Below the pieces are notes generated by a model that searched no databases, was not told the DNA's origin, and worked only from the letters and a program-made list of their open reading frames with translations. Position numbers and translations under genes: made by a program. Source: Candidatus Hydrogenedentota bacterium (GTDB lineage: Bacteria > Hydrogenedentota > Hydrogenedentia > Hydrogenedentales > SLHB01). Taken from it: DNA of 64,000 nucleotides. The first letter of the stretch is position 1; every line of letters begins with the position of its first letter. The stretch is from the NCBI GenBank assembly GCA_963745075.1, contig CAVUWV010000031.1, positions 32,001 to 96,000 of the forward strand, in the 5' to 3' direction. This document shows positions 1 to 8,564 of this stretch, piece by piece.

Positions 1-50
1 CCTGTGACGGGACTGAGAATCCCGCATCCTAACCGCTAGATGAACGGGCC
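1..50 (-). tRNA. tRNA-Glu(CTC), 3' part cut by the window edge
   Basis: Reverse complement GGCCCGTTCATCTAGCGGTTAGGATGCGGGATTCTCAGTCCCG: D-arm plus anticodon stem CGGGA/TCCCG with loop TT-CTC-AG. Confidence 0.9.
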
Positions 51-90
51 GCGGTCTTCAACGGACGTTGGGTTACGCCCGGAATAGAAA

Positions 91-166
91 TGGTTGCCGG
101 ACCAGGGTTCGAACCTGGAGTCTCCTGATCCAGAGTCAGGCGCCTTACCAATTTGGCCATCCGGCA
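91..166 (-). tRNA. tRNA-Gln(CTG)
   Basis: Acceptor TGCCGGA/TCCGGCA, anticodon stem CCTGA/TCAGG with loop CT-CTG-GA, GGTTCGAAC T-loop, encoded CCA. Confidence 0.96.
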
Positions 167-412
167 ATACAACGGAATGGTAGCCAACGGGGGGCATCTG
201 TGTCAAGAATTTGAGCGGGGCGGGACACTTCAGTCGTCCTTCAAGGTACCACTGAAAGTACACAAGCGACCAAGAGGACCAAAGGGACGAGGCGAGAACG
301 AGGTTTAGAACGATCGGCAATCCTGGACCATCGTTGAGGTCGTTTGGATCCTCTAAGTCATTGGACTATGGCGAAACGGCAGAAACCGATCCGTCCGACC
401 AAGCATCCCCGG

Positions 413-604
413 TCAGTACCAGACCGTCACGACGATGACCGGTTCCTGCTGGCCCTGTTGTTGGGGGCGCTCGTAGCCGAAGGACTGCTTGACGAGTTTG
501 GGCTCGACGTTGTGTTGTTCGAGCCATCTGTTGATGTGCTCGTCCATCAGACCCAGCCCATCCATGGTCACCTTGCCGATAAACGTCTGAACCCGCATCC
601 CCAT
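413..604 (-). CDS. Small hypothetical protein (63 aa, MGMRVQTFIGK...VIVVTVWY)
   Basis: ATG at 604 with AGGAG RBS; co-oriented with the HIT gene; protein-like composition. Confidence 0.7.
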   Translation of the reverse strand: MGMRVQTFIGKVTMDGLGLMDEHINRWLEQHNVEPKLVKQSFGYERPQQQGQQEPVIVVTVWY

Positions 605-692
605 ACTCCTTTCCGCGTCAATCCCCTGCAACCCGTTACGGGTGCGACTATAACACAGGTCTTTGACGGCTTGGCAAGGACCGCGCCCAACG

Positions 693-1034
693 TCAACCGG
701 GGGGCCAGCCGAGGGCGCGACCGCCCAGGACATGCAGGTGGATGTGAAACACACTTTGCCCGGCCTCGGGCCCGCAGTTGATGACGAAGCGGTAGTCCGT
801 GAGACCTTCCTGTTGAGCAACCTTGTTCCCCACGAGCGTAAGGCCTCCTAAGAGGTCTGTGTCCGCGTCGCCGGCATCGCTGATTCGCGCGATATGCTTG
901 CGCGGCACCACCAACACGTGGGTCGGTGCCCCCGGGTTAATGTCGCGAAACGCGTAGTAGTTGTCATCGGAATACACTTCAGTGGACGGAACGTCGCCGT
1001 TCAGAATCTTGCAGAACAGGCACTCATCAGCCAT
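693..1034 (-). CDS. Histidine triad (HIT) nucleotide-binding protein
   Basis: CLFCKI N-terminus, HIHLH triad, GGRALGWPPG C-terminus; GGAGG RBS. Confidence 0.95.
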   Translation of the reverse strand: MADECLFCKILNGDVPSTEVYSDDNYYAFRDINPGAPTHVLVVPRKHIARISDAGDADTDLLGGLTLVGNKVAQQEGLTDYRFVINCGPEAGQSVFHIHLHVLGGRALGWPPG

Positions 1035-1261
1035 GTTCACGGTCCTCCCTTTCGCTGCGGACTTCTTGGCCCGTTGTACTGAGCCCAAGCGTAGACAATC
1101 GAACCGGGAACGCGCAACTGGTGGTTTGTACCGCCCGCCGACGTTTGACTGAATTCCCGGGGCTGTTTAGACTGAGGGGCTGAACCCATTGGATGACCAT
1201 CCGTGGCCCTTGCTAGTGGTGCGTTGTATGATGGGCGCGGTTTGAAAAGGAGGGAATTACC

Positions 1262-1813
1262 ATGGCCAAAGTATTGGTACCGTTGGCACAAGGCTGTGAA
1301 GAACTCGAAGCGGTCACCATCATCGACCTGCTGCGCCGGGCCGACATCACGGTCGTGACCGCCGGACTCACGGACGATCCCGTCAAGGCGAGTCATGGCG
1401 TGACGATTGTCCCAGACAAGAATCTGGACGAAGCATTGAAGGAAGATTTCGACATGGTGGTGCTGCCGGGCGGCTTGCCGGGCGCGGACAATTTGAACGA
1501 TGACGAACGTGTCCACGGCGTGCTCAAGAAGATGGTGGACAGTGGGAAGTTCGCGGGCGCCATCTGCGCAGCGCCCATTGTGCTCGCTAAGGCCGGTCTG
1601 TTGAGTGGCAAGAAGGCCACGAGCTATCCGGGGTTTCTCGACAAGATGAATCTGCCGGACGTGACGGTTACGGGAGGCGCGGTGGAACGGGACGGCAAGA
1701 TCATCACGTCGCGCGGTCCCGGTACGGCGATGGATTTCGCGTTGGCCGTCATCGAGATGCTGAAAGACAAAGGTACGCGCGACACGGTCGAGAAGGCCTT
1801 GGTTCGAAATTAG
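1262..1813 (+). CDS. DJ-1/PfpI (YajL/ThiJ) family protein
   Basis: EELEAVTIIDLLRRA, LPGG, AICAAP (catalytic Cys), ITSRGPGTA. Confidence 0.95.
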   Translation: MAKVLVPLAQGCEELEAVTIIDLLRRADITVVTAGLTDDPVKASHGVTIVPDKNLDEALKEDFDMVVLPGGLPGADNLNDDERVHGVLKKMVDSGKFAGAICAAPIVLAKAGLLSGKKATSYPGFLDKMNLPDVTVTGGAVERDGKIITSRGPGTAMDFALAVIEMLKDKGTRDTVEKALVRN

Positions 1814-1839
1814 AACGTTTGGAATTGAAGGAGTAGCAT

Positions 1840-2685
1840 ATGTTTTTTTCGGGGATTTCGGATGAAGCGGGTCAGGCGATCGACACGCAGATCAAGGCCC
1901 ATCAGGATTTGGGGTGGGACCATCTCGAGTTGAGGCTGGTGGACGGGGAGAACGTCACGGCTTTGTCCGACGAGAAGTTCGCGGAGGTCTACGGCAAGGT
2001 GTGCGACGCGGGCATGAAGATCTCGTGTTTCGGCAGCGCCATCGCCAATTGGGCCCGGCCCATCACGTGTGACGCGCAGATCGACGTTGACGATCTGAAA
2101 CGGGCGATTCCGCGGATGCAGAAGTCCGGCACCCAGTTCATCCGCGTGATGAGCTATCCCAACGACCCCAAGCAACCCGTCAACGAGCCCGAGTGGCGCG
2201 CGGAAGCCATCAAGCGCATGAAAGTACTGGCCAAGATGGCGGAAGACGGCGGCATTATCCTGGCCCACGAGAATTGCAGCGGTTGGGGCGGCCTTTCGGC
2301 GGACAACAGCAATATCCTACTCGGCGAAGTGAACAGTCCCGCGTTAAAAGTCGTGTTCGATACGGGCAATCCCGTCACGTACGGGCAGGACGCCTGGGAG
2401 TATTATCAAAAGGTCTTCAACGACATCGTTTACGTGCACATCAAGGATGCCAAGAAGGTCGACGGCAAGGACGTCTACACCTACTGCGGCGAAGGCGACG
2501 GCTACGTGCGCGAAATTGTCGGCGACCTGATGACGAGAGGCTACGACGGCGGGTTCAGCATCGAGCCGCATCTGGCCGCGGTGATTCACACCGGCCAAAA
2601 AGCGGACAATGATTCGGCGTTGTACGATTCGTATACCGAATACGGCCGCCGCATGATGAAGATTGTGGAGGAAGTGAAACCGTAA
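1840..2685 (+). CDS. Sugar phosphate isomerase/epimerase (xylose-isomerase-like TIM barrel)
   Basis: HEN, FDTGN, HIKD and SIEPH metal-binding motifs; GGAG RBS. Confidence 0.88.
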   Translation: MFFSGISDEAGQAIDTQIKAHQDLGWDHLELRLVDGENVTALSDEKFAEVYGKVCDAGMKISCFGSAIANWARPITCDAQIDVDDLKRAIPRMQKSGTQFIRVMSYPNDPKQPVNEPEWRAEAIKRMKVLAKMAEDGGIILAHENCSGWGGLSADNSNILLGEVNSPALKVVFDTGNPVTYGQDAWEYYQKVFNDIVYVHIKDAKKVDGKDVYTYCGEGDGYVREIVGDLMTRGYDGGFSIEPHLAAVIHTGQKADNDSALYDSYTEYGRRMMKIVEEVKP

Positions 2686-2726
2686 CGGAGGGCGTCCGCC
2701 GTTCGCGGAACCCAAAGGGGTGGGGT

Positions 2727-2867
2727 ATGCGTAAGACGCAAATCAGGGCGTTCATCGGAACCGTGTTTGCCATCGCGGTGCTCGTCGTGTTCGCGGCCAT
2801 CGCCGCGTCGGCTATGGGGAAAGACATCCCCATCCTCCGCAACATCAGCGGCGCGCTGGGAATGTGA
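2727..2867 (+). CDS. Small membrane protein (46 aa, MRKTQIRAFIGTVFAIAVLVVFAAIAASAMGKDIPILRNISGALGM)
   Basis: Below the ORF-track cutoff; G-rich RBS, basic N-terminus and one hydrophobic helix. Confidence 0.6.
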   Translation: MRKTQIRAFIGTVFAIAVLVVFAAIAASAMGKDIPILRNISGALGM

Positions 2868-2924
2868 GCACCCGCAATCCTGCTTCTGTGACGGGATACG
2901 GCGTCTGGTCGATTGAGGGATCGG

Positions 2925-3094
2925 AAAGAACATCCCCCTTGATCCCACTTCAAAGGGGGAGTCTTGCGCACCCCAATTCTTGGTGAGATATGTTGTGAAA
3001 TTCTCCGAAACCGGACCGTCGCTCACCCCAAGACGCGACGCGAAGCGTTGCGAACAATTCCCCCTTCGAAGGGGGATCAAGGGGGATGTTCTTT
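2925..3094. repeat. Inverted-repeat doublet, family CCCCCTT (copy 1)
   Basis: AAAGAACATCCCCCTTGATCCCACTTCAAAGGGGGA ... TCCCCCTTCGAAGGGGGATCAAGGGGGATGTTCTTT; 36-bp arms, 2 mismatches. Confidence 0.9.
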
Positions 3095-3158
3095 AGTTCG
3101 GCTCAGCGACCGCCGATGTGCGGATCATCGAATCTCGCGGTTTCCGACGCAAACGATT

Positions 3159-4208
3159 TCAATCCACAACCTTCAGCCGGGCGGTGTAGATCGAGGCGGA
3201 GTTCTTGTTCTTCTCCCGGTCTTCTTCGTGTTGCGAATACCAGGACACGAACAGCGCAGGATGTTCCGCGTCCACTGAGGCCGGATCGACGATGAGGCCA
3301 GGATAGGATGTGTCGCCGCCGCTGGGTAAGGTGATCAGTTCCACTGCTTTGCCGTCGACGAATTCCCACACGCGCGTCACCCATTGACGATCCGCGCCAC
3401 GACTGCGTCCGGCGATGAAGAAGCGATCCTTCCAACGCGCCAAAGCCGGCGAATGGACAATGTCCCCCACCGTTTCGCCGGTCCACTCGGTGTGTTCCGG
3501 ATTGCTGCGCCAAATGAAGCCTTCGTTGATGTCATCCTGCATGCGTGTGACGACAAATAGCGAGCCGTCTTCCAGTATGGTCACGTCCGACTCGCTGGGT
3601 TGACGGCGGTTCGCGATCTCGCTTTTCAGCGTCCAGTTCAGGCCGTCATCCGATACGATGAGTTGCATTTCGCGCTCGGGAGGTTTCGGACGGTACGCGG
3701 TGTATGCGATTCCGTAGAATCTCCCTTCAAGATAACGGACGCGCCACACCCACCAATCGGGTTTGTAGATGCCTTGGATCTTCGACCACGTGGTGCCGTC
3801 CTCGCTCGAAGCAAAGTAGGAGCGGACACTCTGCCGGTCCGGCAACGCATGACCTTCCATGTGCATGAGGTTCCACGTACCGAAATAGACATAGAGCACG
3901 TCGTCCGTCGCCGTGAAATGGGGATCGCGGTCGTCGCCGGCCGTGTCCAGCGTGCCGCAAGGTTCCCAGGTCCGCATGTTCGCACTGCGCATCACGCGAA
4001 TCTCGCCGTCCAACGAGCCGTGACTCTGCGCGTGCCGGAAGCAGAGGTAATAATGGTCCTTCCACCGGATGAGATCGGTAAAGGCGTTGTGGGCGCCGTC
4101 GCTGTAGGCCTTGTCCAGCCAGTCAATCTCCGCCTTGGGCGACGCGTCCTGCCCCCACGCCGCGATGGCGAGAATGAAGAGAACGCTAACCGTAATGATT
4201 CGTTTCAT
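3159..4208 (-). CDS. Secreted sialidase/BNR-like beta-propeller protein
   Basis: Signal peptide; HNAFTDL, DRDP, SxDGxxW Asp-box-like repeats, GGDTSYPG. Confidence 0.75.
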   Translation of the reverse strand: MKRIITVSVLFILAIAAWGQDASPKAEIDWLDKAYSDGAHNAFTDLIRWKDHYYLCFRHAQSHGSLDGEIRVMRSANMRTWEPCGTLDTAGDDRDPHFTATDDVLYVYFGTWNLMHMEGHALPDRQSVRSYFASSEDGTTWSKIQGIYKPDWWVWRVRYLEGRFYGIAYTAYRPKPPEREMQLIVSDDGLNWTLKSEIANRRQPSESDVTILEDGSLFVVTRMQDDINEGFIWRSNPEHTEWTGETVGDIVHSPALARWKDRFFIAGRSRGADRQWVTRVWEFVDGKAVELITLPSGGDTSYPGLIVDPASVDAEHPALFVSWYSQHEEDREKNKNSASIYTARLKVVD

Positions 4209-4227
4209 GCCGCACCTCAAGATGATC

Positions 4228-4369
4228 GTCCACAGATTACACAGATTTTCACAGATTGGAGTTCAAAAGAGATTGGGAAGAACGAAACCGCCACCGAAAT
4301 GCTTTTGATCGGCAACGTCCTCTATTTCTCTCTTTCTTGAATCTGTGAAAATCTGTGTAATCTGTGGAC
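4228..4369. repeat. Inverted-repeat doublet, (CACAGAT)x3 family, gene-less
   Basis: Perfect 30-bp IR GTCCACAGATTACACAGATTTTCACAGATT / AATCTGTGAAAATCTGTGTAATCTGTGGAC around an 82-bp spacer. Confidence 0.93.
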
Positions 4370-4384
4370 AAGAAACTCTTCTCT

Positions 4385-5488
4385 CTACGACCCTTGCGTC
4401 AACGCCTTCACGACCCGGTCGCCGAAATCGCTCGTGCTGATGGGTTCGTGACCGCCTTTGGGGTCTTTCAGATCCGCCGTGGTGTAGCCCGCAGCGAAGA
4501 CCGTGCGCATGGCGTCCATGATCTGCTTCGCTTCCTTTTCCAATCCGAAACTCTTCTCCAGCATAAGCGCAACGGATCCAATCATGGAGTACGGATTCGC
4601 AATGCCCTTGCCCGCGATATCCGGCGCGGAACCGTGGGAAGGTTCGTAGTAGCCCTTATCCGGCCCGATACAGGCGGACGGCATCAACCCAAGGGAGCCC
4701 AGCAGACCCCCGGCCAAGTCGCTCAGGATATCGCCGAACATGTTTTCCATAACCATCACGTCGAACTGGCGCGGGTTCAGCACCAGCGCCGTCGCGGCCG
4801 CGTCGACAATGATGTGCTTCACCTTCACGTCGGGGTATTGCCGGCCCACCTCGTCGCCCACCGCGTTCCACAACACGCTGGACATGAGCACGTTGCTCTT
4901 GTGGACGTTGTGAAGGATCTTCTTGCGCTTACGGGCCTCTTCGAAGGCCACGGTCAGAATCTGCCGGATCTCTTCTTCGTTGTATTCGAGCGTCTCCTTG
5001 ACATAGCGCAGGCCGTTGGCGTCCGTACCCTCCTCCTTCTTTCCGAAGTACAAGCCGCCGATGAGTTCCCGGATCATCATGATGTCGATTCCGTCGGCCA
5101 CGATTTCCGGACGTAGCGGCGAGAAGAAAGCCAATTCGGGCGGCAGATACACCGGCCGGAAGTTGGCGAACGTATTGTACCGTTTGCGCATAGGCAGTAG
5201 GGCACCCCGTTCCGGGCGCTCTTCGACGGGAATCCGGCTCGATTCCTCATGACCCAGCCCGATGGGCCCCTTCAGGATGGCGTCCGCGCGGTCGCACGCG
5301 GCCATCGTCTCCGCGGGGAACGAATGGCCGTGATCGAAGTAGGCCTGCGCGCCAAAGGGCGCACGCACCAGTTCGTAGGTCACCCCGGCCGACTGTTCAA
5401 TGACGCGCAGCACCTTGACGGCTTCGGCCGTGATTTCGGGGCCGATTCCATCGCCTTCGAGCACCGCGATAACGTATTTCTTCGACAT
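4385..5488 (-). CDS. leuB: 3-isopropylmalate dehydrogenase
   Basis: [45 protein letters not shown]. Confidence 0.92.
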   Translation of the reverse strand: MSKKYVIAVLEGDGIGPEITAEAVKVLRVIEQSAGVTYELVRAPFGAQAYFDHGHSFPAETMAACDRADAILKGPIGLGHEESSRIPVEERPERGALLPMRKRYNTFANFRPVYLPPELAFFSPLRPEIVADGIDIMMIRELIGGLYFGKKEEGTDANGLRYVKETLEYNEEEIRQILTVAFEEARKRKKILHNVHKSNVLMSSVLWNAVGDEVGRQYPDVKVKHIIVDAAATALVLNPRQFDVMVMENMFGDILSDLAGGLLGSLGLMPSACIGPDKGYYEPSHGSAPDIAGKGIANPYSMIGSVALMLEKSFGLEKEAKQIMDAMRTVFAAGYTTADLKDPKGGHEPISTSDFGDRVVKALTQGS

Positions 5489-5544
5489 ACCAAGTCCTTC
5501 AAGTCATACGGGCGGACGCCCGAAAGCATCCGCCCGTCGGAAAA

Positions 5545-6060
5545 CACGAAATCCGAAGCACGAAATCCGAAACAAATTCCAATGCTCCAAATTCAAAAAA
5601 GCCCTAGATCAGGCCTAAGTAGAGGTCACCACAAACGCGGGTACACGCCACTGTGCGTACTTCACCTCAAGAACATCCCCCTTGATCCCCCTTCAAAGGG
5701 GGAGTCTCGCAGACCCAAGTTTCGGGTGAGCATAAGGACAAACAGCAAAATCACAGGGCTCTGTCCGTCTCATCCGCCCCGCGAAGCGTGGGCAAGATAA
5801 TCCCCCTTTGAAGCCACGCCGCGGCGTGGGAAGGGTCGAGGGGGATGTTTCGTCTGTTATGTGTACCCTTTCTTGTGGGAAGTCGTACTTATCGTGGCTT
5901 CCTACCATGGCACAACCCAGCATTACAGGGAACGGGCGACGTGACGGACGCGATACATCCACACGTTTTGGTCATTTGAATTTCGGTCATTCGTGCTTGT
6001 TTCGGATTTCGTGCTTCGTGCTTCGAATTTGACTTGAAACGTGCTTCGGATTTCGGATTT
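5545..6060. repeat. Inverted heptamer-repeat doublet (AAATCCG/AAGCACG) enclosing a CCCCCTT element
   Basis: CGAAATCCGAAGCACGAAATCCGAAACAA at ~5547-5575; reverse-complement arm TTGTTTCGGATTTCGTGCTTCG... at ~5997-6060. Confidence 0.85.
5672..5849. repeat. Inverted-repeat doublet, family CCCCCTT (copy 2)
   Basis: AACATCCCCCTTGATCCCCCTTCAAAGGGGGA ... TCCCCCTTTGAAG[CCACGCCGCGGCGTGG]GAAGGGTCGAGGGGGATGTT. Confidence 0.85.
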
Positions 6061-6073
6061 GGGCGCCAAGCCC

Positions 6074-7153
6074 CTACACGGTCGCCGCCAGTTCCGCAAC
6101 CGCGTCGCCGATCTTCGTGGTCGACATACCGCCTTCCTTGATCTCTTTGGCCGACATGCCCGGCAGCTTGCCGGATTCCAGGAACGCCACACACGCCTTC
6201 TCCACGCTGTCGGCGGCATCCGACTCGCCGAGGTGGTCCAGCAGCATCTGCCCCGCGAAAATGCAGGCCAGCGGGTTGATGACGTTCATCCCCGTGTACT
6301 TCGGCGCGCTGCCGCCGATGGGCTCGAACATGGACACGCCGTTCGGGTTGATGTTGCCGCCGGCGGCAATGCCCATGCCGCCCTGCACCATGGCGCCCAG
6401 GTCGGTGATGATGTCGCCGAACATGTTGCCCGTCACGATCACGTCAAACCACTCAGGGTTCTTGACCATCCACATCGTCGTCGCGTCGACGTGGGCGTAC
6501 TCGCGCTTGATGTCCGGGAATTCTTTCGCACCCATTTCGTGAAAGGCCCGTTCCCAAAGGTCGTACACATAGGTCAGCACGTTCGTCTTGCCGCAGAGGG
6601 TCAGCGTGTTGGTCTTGTTGCGTTTCCGGGTGAGTTCGAACGCGTACCTGAGGCAGCGGTCCACCTCGTTCCGCGTGTACACCATCGACTGGATGGCCAC
6701 CTCGTACGGCGTGCCCTTCCGCTGAATGCCGCCGACCCCCGTGTACAGGCCCGCGGAGTTCTCGCGCACCACCACGAAATCGATGTCCTCCGGTCCCTTG
6801 TTCTTGATCGGCGTCTCTACCGTCGGGTACAGCTTCACGGGGCGCAGGTTAATGTATTGGTCCAGCTCAAACCGCGCCTTGAGCAGGATACCCTTTTCGA
6901 GAATGCCCGGTTTGACATCCGGGTGGCCGATGGCGCCGAGATAGATCGCATCAAAACCCCGGAACTCCTCGATGGCCGAATCCGGCAGGATCTCACCCGT
7001 CTTGAGGTACCGGTCACCGCCGAAATCGAATTCTTTGGTCTCGAGCTTGATGCCAAACCGGTCCGCGGCGGCGCTCATTACTTTGACGCCTTCCCGAAGT
7101 ACTTCCGGTCCGGTACCATCGCCCGGAAATAGCGCGATCTTATAGGTTGCCAT
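6074..7153 (-). CDS. Isocitrate/isopropylmalate dehydrogenase family protein (second LeuB-like paralogue)
   Basis: PGDGTGPEV, NLRPVKL, VVREN, NMFGDIITD, MFEPIGGSAPK. Confidence 0.9.
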   Translation of the reverse strand: MATYKIALFPGDGTGPEVLREGVKVMSAAADRFGIKLETKEFDFGGDRYLKTGEILPDSAIEEFRGFDAIYLGAIGHPDVKPGILEKGILLKARFELDQYINLRPVKLYPTVETPIKNKGPEDIDFVVVRENSAGLYTGVGGIQRKGTPYEVAIQSMVYTRNEVDRCLRYAFELTRKRNKTNTLTLCGKTNVLTYVYDLWERAFHEMGAKEFPDIKREYAHVDATTMWMVKNPEWFDVIVTGNMFGDIITDLGAMVQGGMGIAAGGNINPNGVSMFEPIGGSAPKYTGMNVINPLACIFAGQMLLDHLGESDAADSVEKACVAFLESGKLPGMSAKEIKEGGMSTTKIGDAVAELAATV

Positions 7154-7707
7154 GGTTACGTCTACCCCCTATGCGATTTATCCGCGGATCTCGACATGGA
7201 CAGAGACTCCCGGGTCGTCAGTGTGAGCCCGCGACGGGCCGATGATGGGAACAGGCGGAAATTTTATCACTTGAACGCGGGGTAACTCAAGACGACGACG
7301 AGTGCCACAACATAGTGTCCCAAGTTCCGCTCTGGGATGGATATCTTCTGCCAATTGGAGTATAGTAAACAACATCGTTCGAAGCTCCAGGTAGAGCAGG
7401 TACCGTTTTCTTTCCCATCTGACTGCCTCATTTAATCCTCTCGAAACGCGTGCGAAAGACGATGCGCGTCTATTCGCACGGCGCAATTGACGACCGGACC
7501 CTATACCGGACAAATCAGACCGGGTGTACGGTATGTTGAGTATCTTAGGATTTATTGCCGAAACTCGCAGTTCTTTACTGTTTGTGCGGGCGTCTCTCTT
7601 TGGACGGCGTGTTTAGGCGCTGGGTGGGTGACCGCACCACCGGTCCACGATTCGAATCTTTTCAATGGTTTGGTTGATCTTCGCAGATACAACAAGGGAG
7701 GTTTCCA

Positions 7708-7833
7708 ATGGGTGACAAGAGCCAGAAAGACAAGGACAAAAGCCGAAAACAGAAGGTGGTAAAGGACGCGGACTCAAAGAAGCGCAAGGAAGAAAAACAA
7801 GAGAAGAAGCCCGCACCCGGACTCCTCAAATAG
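7708..7833 (+). CDS. Small Lys-rich protein (41 aa, MGDKSQKDKDKSRKQK...)
   Basis: AAGGGAGG RBS ~6 nt before ATG; highly charged; precedes the CBS gene. Confidence 0.6.
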   Translation: MGDKSQKDKDKSRKQKVVKDADSKKRKEEKQEKKPAPGLLK

Positions 7834-7964
7834 GATTCAGCGGGATCGAAATCGGAGACAGCGCGTTTCGCCGAGTTTTCGGCAGCCGACGGTGCGTGAT
7901 ACCGGCATTTGTGACACGGGACATCCGCATCCGGCGACGGCCACCGCACAATTGGAGTAGGAAA

Positions 7965-8411
7965 ATGTCTATGACGATTCGTGAACTTGTCGGCGAAAAT
8001 CGGGAAAAGTACTCGGTAAACCTCGACCAATCAGTCCGGCAGGTGATTGATTGCATGTATGAAGGGGAAGTACACGCCGTAGCAGTTTGTGACGGCGACA
8101 AAGTTGTCGGCGTCTTCTCGGAACGAGACTTGTTGCGGCGGATTGTGCACCAAGGCCGCGACCTGCATTCGACCAAAGTCCGGGACGTGATGACGTCACC
8201 GGCATACTGGATTTCCATGGACGAGCGCTATGAAGTCGCGAAGGCCATCATGATCGACAAGAAGCTAGGTCAGTTGGTGGTTAAAGATGAACAGCACGAC
8301 TTTCGAGGCTTCGTTTCCTGGCGAGAACTTCTCGAAGCCGACCTTTCGGATTCCCGGGATCTTGTGGGTAAACTGAACGACGATTATTACGAGCATCGTT
8401 TTCAACCTTAG
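7965..8411 (+). CDS. CBS domain protein
   Basis: VVGVFSERDLLRR, KVRDVMTSP, GFVSWREL CBS pair. Confidence 0.9.
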   Translation: MSMTIRELVGENREKYSVNLDQSVRQVIDCMYEGEVHAVAVCDGDKVVGVFSERDLLRRIVHQGRDLHSTKVRDVMTSPAYWISMDERYEVAKAIMIDKKLGQLVVKDEQHDFRGFVSWRELLEADLSDSRDLVGKLNDDYYEHRFQP

Positions 8412-8564
8412 AAGTGGTCTATTGATCGCCGTGAGTTGCATTTCCTCAATCGCAGGATTGGGCCGCCTGGAGTAATTGGAAGACCGAGCCAGGCATGGAC
8501 CGAAAGCTACCGTCACGCGAATCCAAATGACGGCGTATTCGTATGCATTACGCCAAACCTGTAG

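Noticed and set aside
266..360. Nonamer GGACCAAAG-type inverted arms near the tRNAs (similar weak pattern at 29121-29162)
   Set aside because: Too degenerate to call; possibly old members of a further doublet family.
7178..7513. 111-aa ORF upstream of the second leuB-like gene
   Set aside because: No recognisable motif or convincing RBS; left uncalled.
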